Part shown: positions 1 to 7,592 of the stretch, piece after piece
How positions within the stretch are numbered: the stretch's first letter is position 1
Layout: each line of letters begins with the position of its first letter
NCBI GenBank assembly: GCA_018649885.1
Contig: JABIHA010000080.1
Coordinates: 46,621 to 66,620, forward strand
DNA from: Bacteriovoracaceae bacterium
Lineage (GTDB): Bacteria; Bdellovibrionota; Bacteriovoracia; Bacteriovoracales; Bacteriovoracaceae
Direction: 5' to 3'
DNA: 20,000 bases
Translations under genes and position numbers: made by a program
The notes under the pieces: generated by a model
Database searches by the model: none
The model's input: the letters and a program-made list of their open reading frames with translations, nothing else
What the model was told of the DNA's origin: nothing

Positions 1-350
1 ATAGAATCATCACCTCTTTCTGATTTATCGATTGTATCAAAATATGTTCGGTTATAGTTTTCGCCAGAAATTGGGTCGATTCGTCCAAATGTATAATCAC
101 CCATTTTTAAACATCCACCTAGTGGGTTGGCGTGCGGGACAATTGTAAAACTTCCTTTAAACGGAAGACTTTTTAAGGCCGACATTATTTTATAGATTAC
201 AGCATTGCCTTGAAGTTCTGCTCCATGAACAGAGGATTGAATGTATATATGGGGGCCGGGAATTTCTGAATCTAGATTAAACACAAGTATATCTTGAGTT
301 TGACCATTCACTTTTCTGGCTATGGTTTTCCTTTCTTTGGTAAATTTCAT
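1..350 (-). CDS. M14-like succinylglutamate desuccinylase/aspartoacylase (AstE/AspA) family zinc hydrolase, partial (runs off the left edge)
   Basis: Not in the ORF track; translated by hand from ATG at 350, one base after the lysA-like stop: MKFTKERKTIARKVNGQTQDILVFNLDSEIPGPHIYIQSSVHGAELQGNAVIYKIMSALKSLPFKGSFTIVPHANPLGGCLKMGDYTFGRIDPISGENYNRTYFD... Open to position 1. Has GP-x-IYI, HGAE (HxxE zinc ligands), vPxANP and NxNR, typical of the family. Confidence 0.85.
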   Translation of the reverse strand, partial: MKFTKERKTIARKVNGQTQDILVFNLDSEIPGPHIYIQSSVHGAELQGNAVIYKIMSALKSLPFKGSFTIVPHANPLGGCLKMGDYTFGRIDPISGENYNRTYFDTIDKSERGDDS

Positions 351-351
351 T

Positions 352-1575
352 TTATTTCATCCATTCAGAGGGAGGGCCAGGCCTTCTTATAAAGTTAATT
401 TCGCCTTCATCAAAGATGGCCTCACCAGGGAGAGTATGACACAGGAAAAAAGGCATGCTCTCTGTAAATCCGTAGGCACCACAATGTGTGAAGGCAATCC
501 AATCATCGATTTGTATATTTGTACTTAGCTTAAATGTTCCCAAGCGGTCTAGAGCTGTACAAAGTGGGCCGTGTAGCGAGTATTCTATTTTTTTATCAGC
601 ACTTTGATCTTTAAGGGATGTACAAGGAAAGTAGCTATCCGTGAGGACAGGTCTCAATATATGATTGACTCCCCCTTCAGTAATAATAAGGTTTTCACCT
701 CTTACTTTTTTCATATCTCCCACCTTCGTGAGATAACTCCCTATAGGTCCCGTTAAAATGCGGCCCAACTCTAGCCACAACTCTTCAAGGCCACTTTCTT
801 TTTTTAATTTTTGAAGAATGCTTTTAACACTGGCCAGATCTAGCTCATCACCGCTTTGCTCATAATCTAGTCCAAGTCCACCACCAAGATCGACCACTCG
901 AATGGGAAGAGAGAGTTTATTTGCGAACTTTTTTGAAAGAGTTATAATATGCTTCCAAATACTTTCTAGCTCACCACTATCAGTGATATTCCCCCATTGA
1001 AAGGCATGAATTCCTTTAAAATTGAGAACCTTAAAATAATCTTTCTTAGCAAGGGCATTTTCCCATTCATCTGGCGTCATACCAAAGGGGGTTTTTTGAT
1101 TGCCACCGAGGACGCTAAATTTTGTTGTCTCCCATTCCAGTTGGAATCTTAAAAGGATATCTATATCGCTAACCCCGTTGTCTGCGCAAATTTGATAGAG
1201 GTCATCTAGTTGGCGAGGTCCTTCGAGCACAAATGTTTTAACTCCAGAGTTAACTAGGGTTTCCAGGTACTTCCTCGACTTCAAAGGACCCGTACACAAA
1301 ATATTTTCTGGAGGGAAACCAGACTTTAGCCCGGCAATGAGTTCACCCTCGCTAGCGACATCCAGGCCAAGGTCTTGGCCTGCAATAGTTTTCAAAATAC
1401 TAGAAAGGGGATTTGCTTTACAGGCATACCAAAGTTTTATCCCTGGAGTTCTTAGTAACTGAATACGCTCAGAAAGTTGGTCCAACCTGTAAATAAAAAA
1501 TGGATGCTCGCAGTTCTTTGCAAACTCTGTGAGACTCTTCCAAAAACTGGAGCTATAATCCACCATTTTCTCCAT
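352..1575 (-). CDS. lysA: Fold-type III PLP-dependent decarboxylase, probable diaminopimelate decarboxylase (divergent LysA-like)
   Basis: YACKAN (PLP lysine), DVASEGE, DLGGGLG, ELGR, HGPLCTALD and GAYG motifs; lies in the dap operon and overlaps the dapD stop by 1 nt (TAATG). Confidence 0.8.
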   Translation of the reverse strand: MEKMVDYSSSFWKSLTEFAKNCEHPFFIYRLDQLSERIQLLRTPGIKLWYACKANPLSSILKTIAGQDLGLDVASEGELIAGLKSGFPPENILCTGPLKSRKYLETLVNSGVKTFVLEGPRQLDDLYQICADNGVSDIDILLRFQLEWETTKFSVLGGNQKTPFGMTPDEWENALAKKDYFKVLNFKGIHAFQWGNITDSGELESIWKHIITLSKKFANKLSLPIRVVDLGGGLGLDYEQSGDELDLASVKSILQKLKKESGLEELWLELGRILTGPIGSYLTKVGDMKKVRGENLIITEGGVNHILRPVLTDSYFPCTSLKDQSADKKIEYSLHGPLCTALDRLGTFKLSTNIQIDDWIAFTHCGAYGFTESMPFFLCHTLPGEAIFDEGEINFIRRPGPPSEWMK

Positions 1576-2324
1576 TATCTCAGTGCATCCTCAAGGGCCA
1601 AAGAAGCATTAGATTTTTCATCACGGTATTTAATAATAATAGGGCAATTGATATTGAGTCCTTGCTCGTGACCCCAAAATTGACCATGTGAAACGGGTCT
1701 TGTTCCTGGAACAACTACTGCATTTTCTGGAATGTCGGCACCTCTTTCTAAGATTTTTTGGTTAACGATATCGTAAACAGGTGTGGCCTTAGAAAGAATA
1801 ACTCCAGGAGCAATGACGGCCCCTTTTCTGACACAAATTCCCTCTACTATGACAGCTCCTGCTCCAATAAAGCAGTCGTCTTCGATCACAACTGGCGCAA
1901 GTCCTATTGGTTCGAGAACTCCTCCGATTTGAACACCTGCTGAAAGGTGAACATTTTTTCCAATCTGAGCACAACTTCCAACGAGGGCATGGCTGTCAAT
2001 CATCGTACCTGCATCTACGTAGGCACCAATATTGATATAGGCCGGTGGCATGATGACGACACCTCTTGCTACGAATGAGCCTCTTCTTACTGATGATCCA
2101 CCGGGGACAAGTCTAATTCCTTGTTCTGGGGTGAAATCTCTGGCCCAGATATTGTGTTTGTCTACAAAACCATCTTTTTCAGTGAGAATCCCTGCTCTAA
2201 AAACTTCCAGGATACCCTCTTTGACACTTGTATTGGCACTCCAGTTTCCCTTGTCATCTTTTACTGCTGCTCTTACTTCGCCGGACTGTAGTTGATCTAA
2301 CAACATTTCCAATTTATCACTCAT
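1575..2324 (-). CDS. dapD: 2,3,4,5-tetrahydropyridine-2,6-dicarboxylate N-succinyltransferase
   Basis: Hexapeptide-repeat protein with [50 protein letters not shown] and C-terminal LEDALR. Confidence 0.93.
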   Translation of the reverse strand: MSDKLEMLLDQLQSGEVRAAVKDDKGNWSANTSVKEGILEVFRAGILTEKDGFVDKHNIWARDFTPEQGIRLVPGGSSVRRGSFVARGVVIMPPAYINIGAYVDAGTMIDSHALVGSCAQIGKNVHLSAGVQIGGVLEPIGLAPVVIEDDCFIGAGAVIVEGICVRKGAVIAPGVILSKATPVYDIVNQKILERGADIPENAVVVPGTRPVSHGQFWGHEQGLNINCPIIIKYRDEKSNASLALEDALR

Positions 2325-2341
2325 TACTTTTCACCTTTATC

Positions 2342-3226
2342 TTATGCGTTTTTCTTATACCAAGTATCGATTTGTGAATCGATTTCTTTGATTGATTCTA
2401 ATTCATGGAAATCTTCATGTGTAAGTGGAGGTCTGAGAAATGGTGTCTCAATCCACTCTTTAGCATGAAGAAGCGCCTTTGCAGGGATTGGGTTAGATGC
2501 CGTAAATAGTGAGGCAGAAGCTTTCTCCCACAGTGGCAGTGTTTCACTTCCTCTTCCAGTGAGGCAAAATTTTGTATACAAGTGAGTCTGTGCTGGCCAG
2601 ACATTTGCCGCAACAGAAACGAGTCCCGTAGCTCCTCTTAAAGCAAAGTAGGGCAGAAGCGCATCATCACCGCTAAATACTTTTTTGCTCGGCAAAGAGT
2701 CTACGAATTCACCAAATCTCTCAATGCTTCCACTAGCTTCTTTTACTGACCAGAAATTGGGGTGATCTTGTAATTCAATAAGTGCTTTCAAGCTAATTGG
2801 TGTTCCGGTTCTTCCTGGAACATTGTAGAGCATACAAGGTCTTGATGCTTTATCAAGTAGGGCCTGAAACCAATTTTTCTGTCCGATATCATTGGGTTTT
2901 GCATAAAGTGGAGTCACCATTAGGTAGCCTTGAACTTTTTGTCCCTCAAGATATTTGACCCACTCTAGAGTTGTTCCAAGGTTTACTCCTCCCACGCCTA
3001 CAAGTAGGGGAATACTTAAATTGAGGTCAGTGGAAAATTCAACTATTTTCTTTCTCTCGGATAGATCTAGGTTTAATGACTCACCCGTGCTACCAAGAAT
3101 CACCACACCATTTGAAGCTTCCTCTTGTTTTTTTAGTAATAGCTCTAGTTTTACAAAGTCTACAAGGCCATCCTGGTCTAGTGGGGTAATAATCGCGGTC
3201 CAAAGAGCATATTCGTTAATTGTCAT
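2342..3226 (-). CDS. dapA: 4-hydroxy-tetrahydrodipicolinate synthase
   Basis: TAIITP, GSTGE, TPLYAKP, YNVPGRTG, catalytic KEASG, SGDD and NPIPAK motifs; ATGA overlap with dapB. Confidence 0.95.
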   Translation of the reverse strand: MTINEYALWTAIITPLDQDGLVDFVKLELLLKKQEEASNGVVILGSTGESLNLDLSERKKIVEFSTDLNLSIPLLVGVGGVNLGTTLEWVKYLEGQKVQGYLMVTPLYAKPNDIGQKNWFQALLDKASRPCMLYNVPGRTGTPISLKALIELQDHPNFWSVKEASGSIERFGEFVDSLPSKKVFSGDDALLPYFALRGATGLVSVAANVWPAQTHLYTKFCLTGRGSETLPLWEKASASLFTASNPIPAKALLHAKEWIETPFLRPPLTHEDFHELESIKEIDSQIDTWYKKNA

Positions 3227-3912
3227 GAGTGTGTCTCCTGTAGTGTCTCAAAGTAATCATCGAGAACGTCATCAAATGAGTAAAGACCTGGGGCCTTGAT
3301 ATTTTTGCAAAAATACTCTGCTGCCCAGATTGCGCCTGAAGCAAAGAGTTTTCTATTTTTAGCTTTGTGAGTAAGAGAAATCATCTCATACTCTGATTCA
3401 ATTAAAAGTGTGTGGATTCCCACCACATCTCCCTCTCTGTGAGAAATCATCTCTGCGTCTAGGCCCAGCCAATCTTTCATAGAAAGTGCTGTACCACTTG
3501 GTGCATCTAATTTGTGAATATGGTGGGTTTCTTCGATCCTTATGCTTGGGGAATTCAGAATTTCTTTTGCAGCATTTAGGGTCTTAAGAACTCTTCTAAG
3601 TAAGTTAACTCCCATAGAAAAATTGGAGGCGTATAACCACTTTAGCTTTTGGTCTTTGATTGTCTTTGCAAGCTCACTAGAATAATCAAAACCTGTGGCC
3701 GCACTTACAACAGGAGTTTTAGACTCTAAAAATATTGGTACAAGGGAAGCAAACACTTCTGCAGATGTGAAAGTAATGATCACGTCTGCTTTACTTAGCG
3801 CCTCGGGTGTTGGAGGATTTTTTGAGTTAAAAGGACCTACAATATCACCTTGGTTTATTAGTTGGGTTAAAAGCCCCCCTGATTTTCCCGTTCCGACAAT
3901 GGCGACTTTCAC
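3223..3912 (-). CDS. dapB: 4-hydroxy-tetrahydrodipicolinate reductase
   Basis: N-terminal Rossmann VAIVGTGKSG, ATG, ASNFSMGV and signature ETHHIHKLDAPSGTA; GTG start overlaps the lysC TGA. Confidence 0.95.
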   Translation of the reverse strand: MKVAIVGTGKSGGLLTQLINQGDIVGPFNSKNPPTPEALSKADVIITFTSAEVFASLVPIFLESKTPVVSAATGFDYSSELAKTIKDQKLKWLYASNFSMGVNLLRRVLKTLNAAKEILNSPSIRIEETHHIHKLDAPSGTALSMKDWLGLDAEMISHREGDVVGIHTLLIESEYEMISLTHKAKNRKLFASGAIWAAEYFCKNIKAPGLYSFDDVLDDYFETLQETHS

Positions 3913-5306
3913 AATTTCACTCCTGGACAGGCTTGGGTAGGCTTTATATCAACTGGATTTTCAATGAAGTGCTTGTGTAAGTTTTTTAGTATGTTCTCAG
4001 CTTCATCTCTTTTTACAAGAAAACAAAGATTGTGTTGGCCGGCTCCATGGCATATGAGCCTTATAGAATGCTCACTTGTCACTTTGAAAATTTCTCCCAC
4101 AAGTTTAGGAGTATGGGCAATGTCATTGCCGATAACAGCTATTAAACAGAGGTTTTCTTCTAATTGAATATGGCAGTGCTCTTTTAGCTCTCTGGCAACA
4201 TCTCTTGTAAGGCTGGTTGGCTCGTCTAAGGTAATCGCTACATTAACTTCACTTGTTGTCACTAGATCTACACTTATTTTGTGCCTGGCCAAAATTGTAA
4301 ACACTTTGGCCAGGAACCCTGGGGCATGAACCATCTCCAGGCTGGTTAGGGTTAAAAGCTTTTGCTGGCGTCTCATAGCTAACGCCCTAACAAGAGGTCT
4401 ATTTTTAGATTTGGGCCTTACCCAAGTTCCACCCTCAAGATGATTTTGAGAGTTTCCCACATAGACTGGGATATTTTTTCTGATGGCAGGCCAAAGAGTT
4501 GCTGGATGAAGTACTTTGGCCCCAAAGGTAGATAGCTCTGCTGATTCATTAAAATTTATTTCGTCAATTTTAATGGCAGCTGAAACAACCCTCGGATCTG
4601 TGGTTTTCAGTCCTGGCACATCTGTCCATATTTGGAGCGTGCTAGCATCAAGTGCCTCTGCAATAAGAGCTGCGGAGTAATCTGAGCCGCCTCTACCAAG
4701 AGTTGTGGTCTTTCCCTCTTCATCGGAGCCAATAAAGCCCTGAGTAATGACAACATGGTTTTCACAAAGCGGAGTTATTTTCTCTTTTGCAAGGGTTTTG
4801 ATTAATTCTAGATCGGGAATCGCTTTTCCAAAATCAGAGTTTGTTTTCATGACTTCTCTAATATCAAGCCAAGTAGCATTGATACCACAGTCCTGTAATA
4901 ACTCAGTAAAAAGCAGAGAAGAAAGTCTTTCACCTATAGACAGAAGTGAATCGGTGGCCTGGAGTGAAGCCTCACACAAAAGAGACATCCCTATTGCTAA
5001 ATTTTTGGCAGCTAATACTAGCTCTTCGATTTTTTTAAGTGTCTCTGCCCTTACACCAATGTCAGACGCCATAGAGAGGTGTTTTTCTTCAAGATCTTTT
5101 AAGAGCTGTTCTATTCGAGCTTGGTTTTTTTCACCGTATATGGATAGCTTTGCTAGCTCTACAAGAATATTAGTTGTGCCTGAGGTGGCACTGACTAAAA
5201 CTACCCTTAGATCTGGGTAGGCCTTTATAGTTTCACCGCATTTTTCCATGGCCTTCTTACTGCCCATGCTGGTTCCACCAAATTTTGCAACAACCGTTGT
5301 ACTCAT
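3909..5306 (-). CDS. lysC: Aspartokinase, lysine-sensitive AK III-like, with two C-terminal ACT domains
   Basis: VVAKFGGTS, SIGERLS, TTTLGRGGSDYSAAL, WTDVPG, DPR and GAKVLHP; ACT1 SLEMVHAPGFLAKVF...ISVDLVTTSEV closely resembles E. coli AK III. Confidence 0.96.
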   Translation of the reverse strand: MSTTVVAKFGGTSMGSKKAMEKCGETIKAYPDLRVVLVSATSGTTNILVELAKLSIYGEKNQARIEQLLKDLEEKHLSMASDIGVRAETLKKIEELVLAAKNLAIGMSLLCEASLQATDSLLSIGERLSSLLFTELLQDCGINATWLDIREVMKTNSDFGKAIPDLELIKTLAKEKITPLCENHVVITQGFIGSDEEGKTTTLGRGGSDYSAALIAEALDASTLQIWTDVPGLKTTDPRVVSAAIKIDEINFNESAELSTFGAKVLHPATLWPAIRKNIPVYVGNSQNHLEGGTWVRPKSKNRPLVRALAMRRQQKLLTLTSLEMVHAPGFLAKVFTILARHKISVDLVTTSEVNVAITLDEPTSLTRDVARELKEHCHIQLEENLCLIAVIGNDIAHTPKLVGEIFKVTSEHSIRLICHGAGQHNLCFLVKRDEAENILKNLHKHFIENPVDIKPTQACPGVKL

Positions 5307-5308
5307 AA

Positions 5309-6298
5309 TTAAACCTTTAGTTTTTGAACGGCCAGTTCTAGGTTTGCAATGGCCGCGCCAGCAGCACCTCGAACTAAATTGTGACCCATTGAAATTAGGC
5401 CAATGATATTTTTTCTTCCGCCTTGCTTGATTCTTCCTATGTGAGCAAATTGATCAAACTCAGTAAGATCTTTTGCCGGCTGAGGTCGATCCTCCTCAGT
5501 ATATATTTTAAAGGCCTTGGGAAAACGCTCCTCCCAATTATTTAGAACACTGAGCGCATCATCTACTTTTACATCTTGATCAAAACTTACATGCATGGCC
5601 ACGGTGTGGCCGTGGATAACAGGAACCCTGTGGACATGAGTTGTAATACTAAAATCGGCGTCTTTTCCGGCACTTCCTAGTATCTTTAAGGCCTCTTGGT
5701 TAATTTTGTCTTCTTCTCCGCCAATAAATGGAATGATATTGCCCATGATATCCATGGAGGGAATTCCTGGATAGCCTGCACCACTAATGGCCTGTAGTGT
5801 GACTACAGATACGTGAGTTATCTTTCCAAGACTCATCAGTGGAGCAAGTCCCATGGAGAGAAAAACAGTGGCACAGTTGGGATTGGTAATAATTTTCCCT
5901 TTTGTACTTTGACTATCAACTAAGCTTATATGATCACCATTTATTTCTGGGATCATCAGTGGGACATTTGCCTCCATTCTCATAGCACTTGCATTTGAGA
6001 TGACATGTATGCCTTTTTCTGCAAGGGCGGGCTCAACTTCCCCTGCCATATCTCCTGGAAGTGCAGACAGCACAAAGGGGCTTTCAACATCGAGGCAATT
6101 TTTTAAGACCATCTTCCCCACATTTTCGGGAAGGGAGCTTTTTTCTCTCCAAGTACATGCATCACGGTAAATTTTTCCAGCATTTTTTGGAGAGGCGGCA
6201 ATTTCTCCAACGTAAAAATCTGGGTGTCTTTCCACCATAGCGATGAGTTTTTGTCCTACTGTGCCTGTGGCCGCCAAAATGGCAACTGGAGTTGTCAT
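5309..6298 (-). CDS. asd: Aspartate-semialdehyde dehydrogenase (archaeal/eukaryotic/Bacteroidota-like type)
   Basis: ATGTVGQ, SNASAMRM, NPNC (catalytic Cys), QAISGAGYPG, PFIGGEEDK, RVPVIHGH and HNLVRGAAG. Start moved from 6325 to the ATG at 6298 because AAGGAG lies 6 nt upstream of it. Confidence 0.95.
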   Translation of the reverse strand: MTTPVAILAATGTVGQKLIAMVERHPDFYVGEIAASPKNAGKIYRDACTWREKSSLPENVGKMVLKNCLDVESPFVLSALPGDMAGEVEPALAEKGIHVISNASAMRMEANVPLMIPEINGDHISLVDSQSTKGKIITNPNCATVFLSMGLAPLMSLGKITHVSVVTLQAISGAGYPGIPSMDIMGNIIPFIGGEEDKINQEALKILGSAGKDADFSITTHVHRVPVIHGHTVAMHVSFDQDVKVDDALSVLNNWEERFPKAFKIYTEEDRPQPAKDLTEFDQFAHIGRIKQGGRKNIIGLISMGHNLVRGAAGAAIANLELAVQKLKV

Positions 6299-6351
6299 TA
6301 CGTGCTCCTTGATTGAAAAAATCATTATAGTAACTATGAAGTGGTTTGAGG

Positions 6352-6387
6352 AATAAGAAATGAGTGAAAATCAATTTCTTTCTCTCA
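6352..6387 (-). terminator. Putative intrinsic terminator, expression platform of the lysine riboswitch
   Basis: Minus strand TGAGAGAAA-gaaattgat-TTTCACTCA (stem with one A.A mismatch) followed by TTTCTTATT, directly 3' of the aptamer. The stem is AT-rich and weak. Confidence 0.5.
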
Positions 6388-6556
6388 CAAGCGCTCCACA
6401 GCGTAAATTCTGCTCTGGCAGCCAATGGGATTCAACCCACGTGGCCAGCGATAAAAATTAGGATTTCTTCTCGCTTCGGCGTTGATCCCCTTTACTGTAA
6501 GTGACTGTGGTCCTAACCACTACTTTCAGTTATCTGGTCAACGCTCCTCTTGTTGT
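6386..6556 (-). ncRNA. Lysine riboswitch (L-box) aptamer
   Basis: Minus strand has 5' AGAGGAGCG, AAAGGGG, GCCGAA, TTGAAT P4 loop, CTGCC and 3' GGAGCGCT. P2 is GCGTTGA/TCAACGC. The L2 loop TTAGGA (6511-6516) is exactly complementary to the L3 loop TCCTAA (6458-6463), forming the kissing loop. It lies upstream of asd-lysC. Confidence 0.95.
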
Positions 6557-6581
6557 TTGGTGCAGGCACCGAACAGTTCAA

Positions 6582-6610
6582 AAGGTGCCTGAAATAGAGT
6601 TTTCTGTCAA
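6582..6610 (-). promoter_or_regulatory. Candidate sigma70 promoter for the lysine operon leader
   Basis: Perfect TTGACA (6610-6605), 17-nt spacer, then weak CACCTT that keeps only -11A and -7T; would start transcription about 20 nt before the aptamer. An alternative TTCAAA-16-TAAAAT lies near 6647-6674. Confidence 0.3.
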
Positions 6611-6680
6611 CTTCAGACAGCCTGTGCCCGCTCATGTGGCTTGGGAATTTTAAATATTGTGTCCAAACTTTGAATTTGTC

Positions 6681-6710
6681 TTGCTTTGGTTGTTCAGAGA
6701 CAGGTAAAAT
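6681..6710 (+). promoter_or_regulatory. Candidate sigma70 promoter for the response regulator gene
   Basis: TTGCTT-18nt-TAAAAT, followed by a GAGGA RBS at 6735-6739 before ATG 6746. Confidence 0.35.
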
Positions 6711-6745
6711 TAGAGAGAATTTTTTAGAACCTATGAGGAAAAGTA

Positions 6746-7156
6746 ATGATCTCAACCAAGACCAGATTTCTAATTGTTGACGACTATGACATGGTTCTAA
6801 CTATGCTCAAGGAAAACCTCAGAACAATAGGTTTTAAAGGTGATGTTATCAATGCCGCCGATGGTCAGGAAGGCTTTGATGCCTTGGCCGCACAGGAAGA
6901 AAAAGGCGAGCCAGTGCAATTTATCATCTCTGATCTTTTGATGCCTGGAATGAGTGGGCTTGATTTTCTCAAACAAGTTCGCGCAGATGATAAATACAAA
7001 GACATTCCTTTTCTGATTCTTACCAGTGATAACGATAGTGAAAATATGATGAATGTTATCAAGTGTGGCGCCAGCAATATTCTTCTTAAGCCTTGGACGG
7101 CCGATTCTCTAACTGAAAAAATTGCACTTTGTTGGAATAAACACGAAAAAAAATAG
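6746..7156 (+). CDS. Single-domain CheY-like response regulator
   Basis: Stand-alone receiver domain: LIVDD, phosphoacceptor Asp in IISDLLMPGMSGLD, ILT and KPW; the VRAD-x-KYKDIPFL segment is typical of CheY; GAGGA RBS. Confidence 0.9.
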   Translation: MISTKTRFLIVDDYDMVLTMLKENLRTIGFKGDVINAADGQEGFDALAAQEEKGEPVQFIISDLLMPGMSGLDFLKQVRADDKYKDIPFLILTSDNDSENMMNVIKCGASNILLKPWTADSLTEKIALCWNKHEKK

Positions 7157-7165
7157 AGAATGCTC

Positions 7166-7540
7166 TTAGTGCTTTAGCACTCTAATGCCGTAAATGACTT
7201 CTTCTTTTGACAATGTATCGAGGGAAACTCTTCCATAGGTTCTAGCAACCTTTAGCATGTAAGATAGGTTTTTTTGCCAGTACTCGACGTCTCCCTTAAG
7301 TCCAGATTGAAGCCAGAGTAGGGCACTACTAGTTTCTGAAACACTGTAGCCATATTTTTCTCCAATTTCCATAAGCCTTTGTTCTACTTCTTCTAGCTTT
7401 GCTGGAGGGAGATTTCCCATATGCTTTTGAATTTTATGCATATTTCTTAGATGGATCAATTCTAGGTCTTCACCACTTTGAGTTGTGGCCCCATTGAATG
7501 CCTGGGCAATACGAGTTGAAATTTGGTCAATAAATCCCAT
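7166..7540 (-). CDS. Hypothetical helical protein, 124 aa (weak resemblance to the TP901-type tape-measure core)
   Basis: ORF fills the gap between known genes, has an AAGGA RBS 6 nt upstream and its own candidate promoter; no confident family assignment. Confidence 0.7.
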   Translation of the reverse strand: MGFIDQISTRIAQAFNGATTQSGEDLELIHLRNMHKIQKHMGNLPPAKLEEVEQRLMEIGEKYGYSVSETSSALLWLQSGLKGDVEYWQKNLSYMLKVARTYGRVSLDTLSKEEVIYGIRVLKH

Positions 7541-7562
7541 TGTGTTTCCTTTTATAGGAATC

Positions 7563-7592
7563 AGTTTACTTTGCTAAAAGTTTTACCGTCAA
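7563..7592 (-). promoter_or_regulatory. Candidate sigma70 promoter for the 124-aa gene
   Basis: Minus strand TTGACG-18nt-TAAACT; the -35 box overlaps the hydrolase stop codon. Confidence 0.4.

Noticed and set aside
4747..5220. 157-aa plus-strand ORF and the other short alternative-frame ORFs (e.g. 322-528, 2050-2295, 2955-3299, 11163-11450, 13787-14083)
   Set aside because: They lie antisense to or nested within confidently identified genes and have no recognisable motifs; treated as shadow ORFs.
6560..6650. TPP, glycine, SAM or c-di-GMP riboswitch in tandem with the lysine aptamer
   Set aside because: Only fragmentary resemblance (CTGAAA...CCTG...GGGAA on plus, AAACTCT...CAGG on minus); core consensus elements are missing. 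Kept only as an unassigned structured element.
6162..6755. Minus-strand ORFs 6162-6425 and 6513-6755 as leader peptides
   Set aside because: They overlap the riboswitch, asd or the response regulator start, have no RBS and no run of Lys codons; the riboswitch explains the region.
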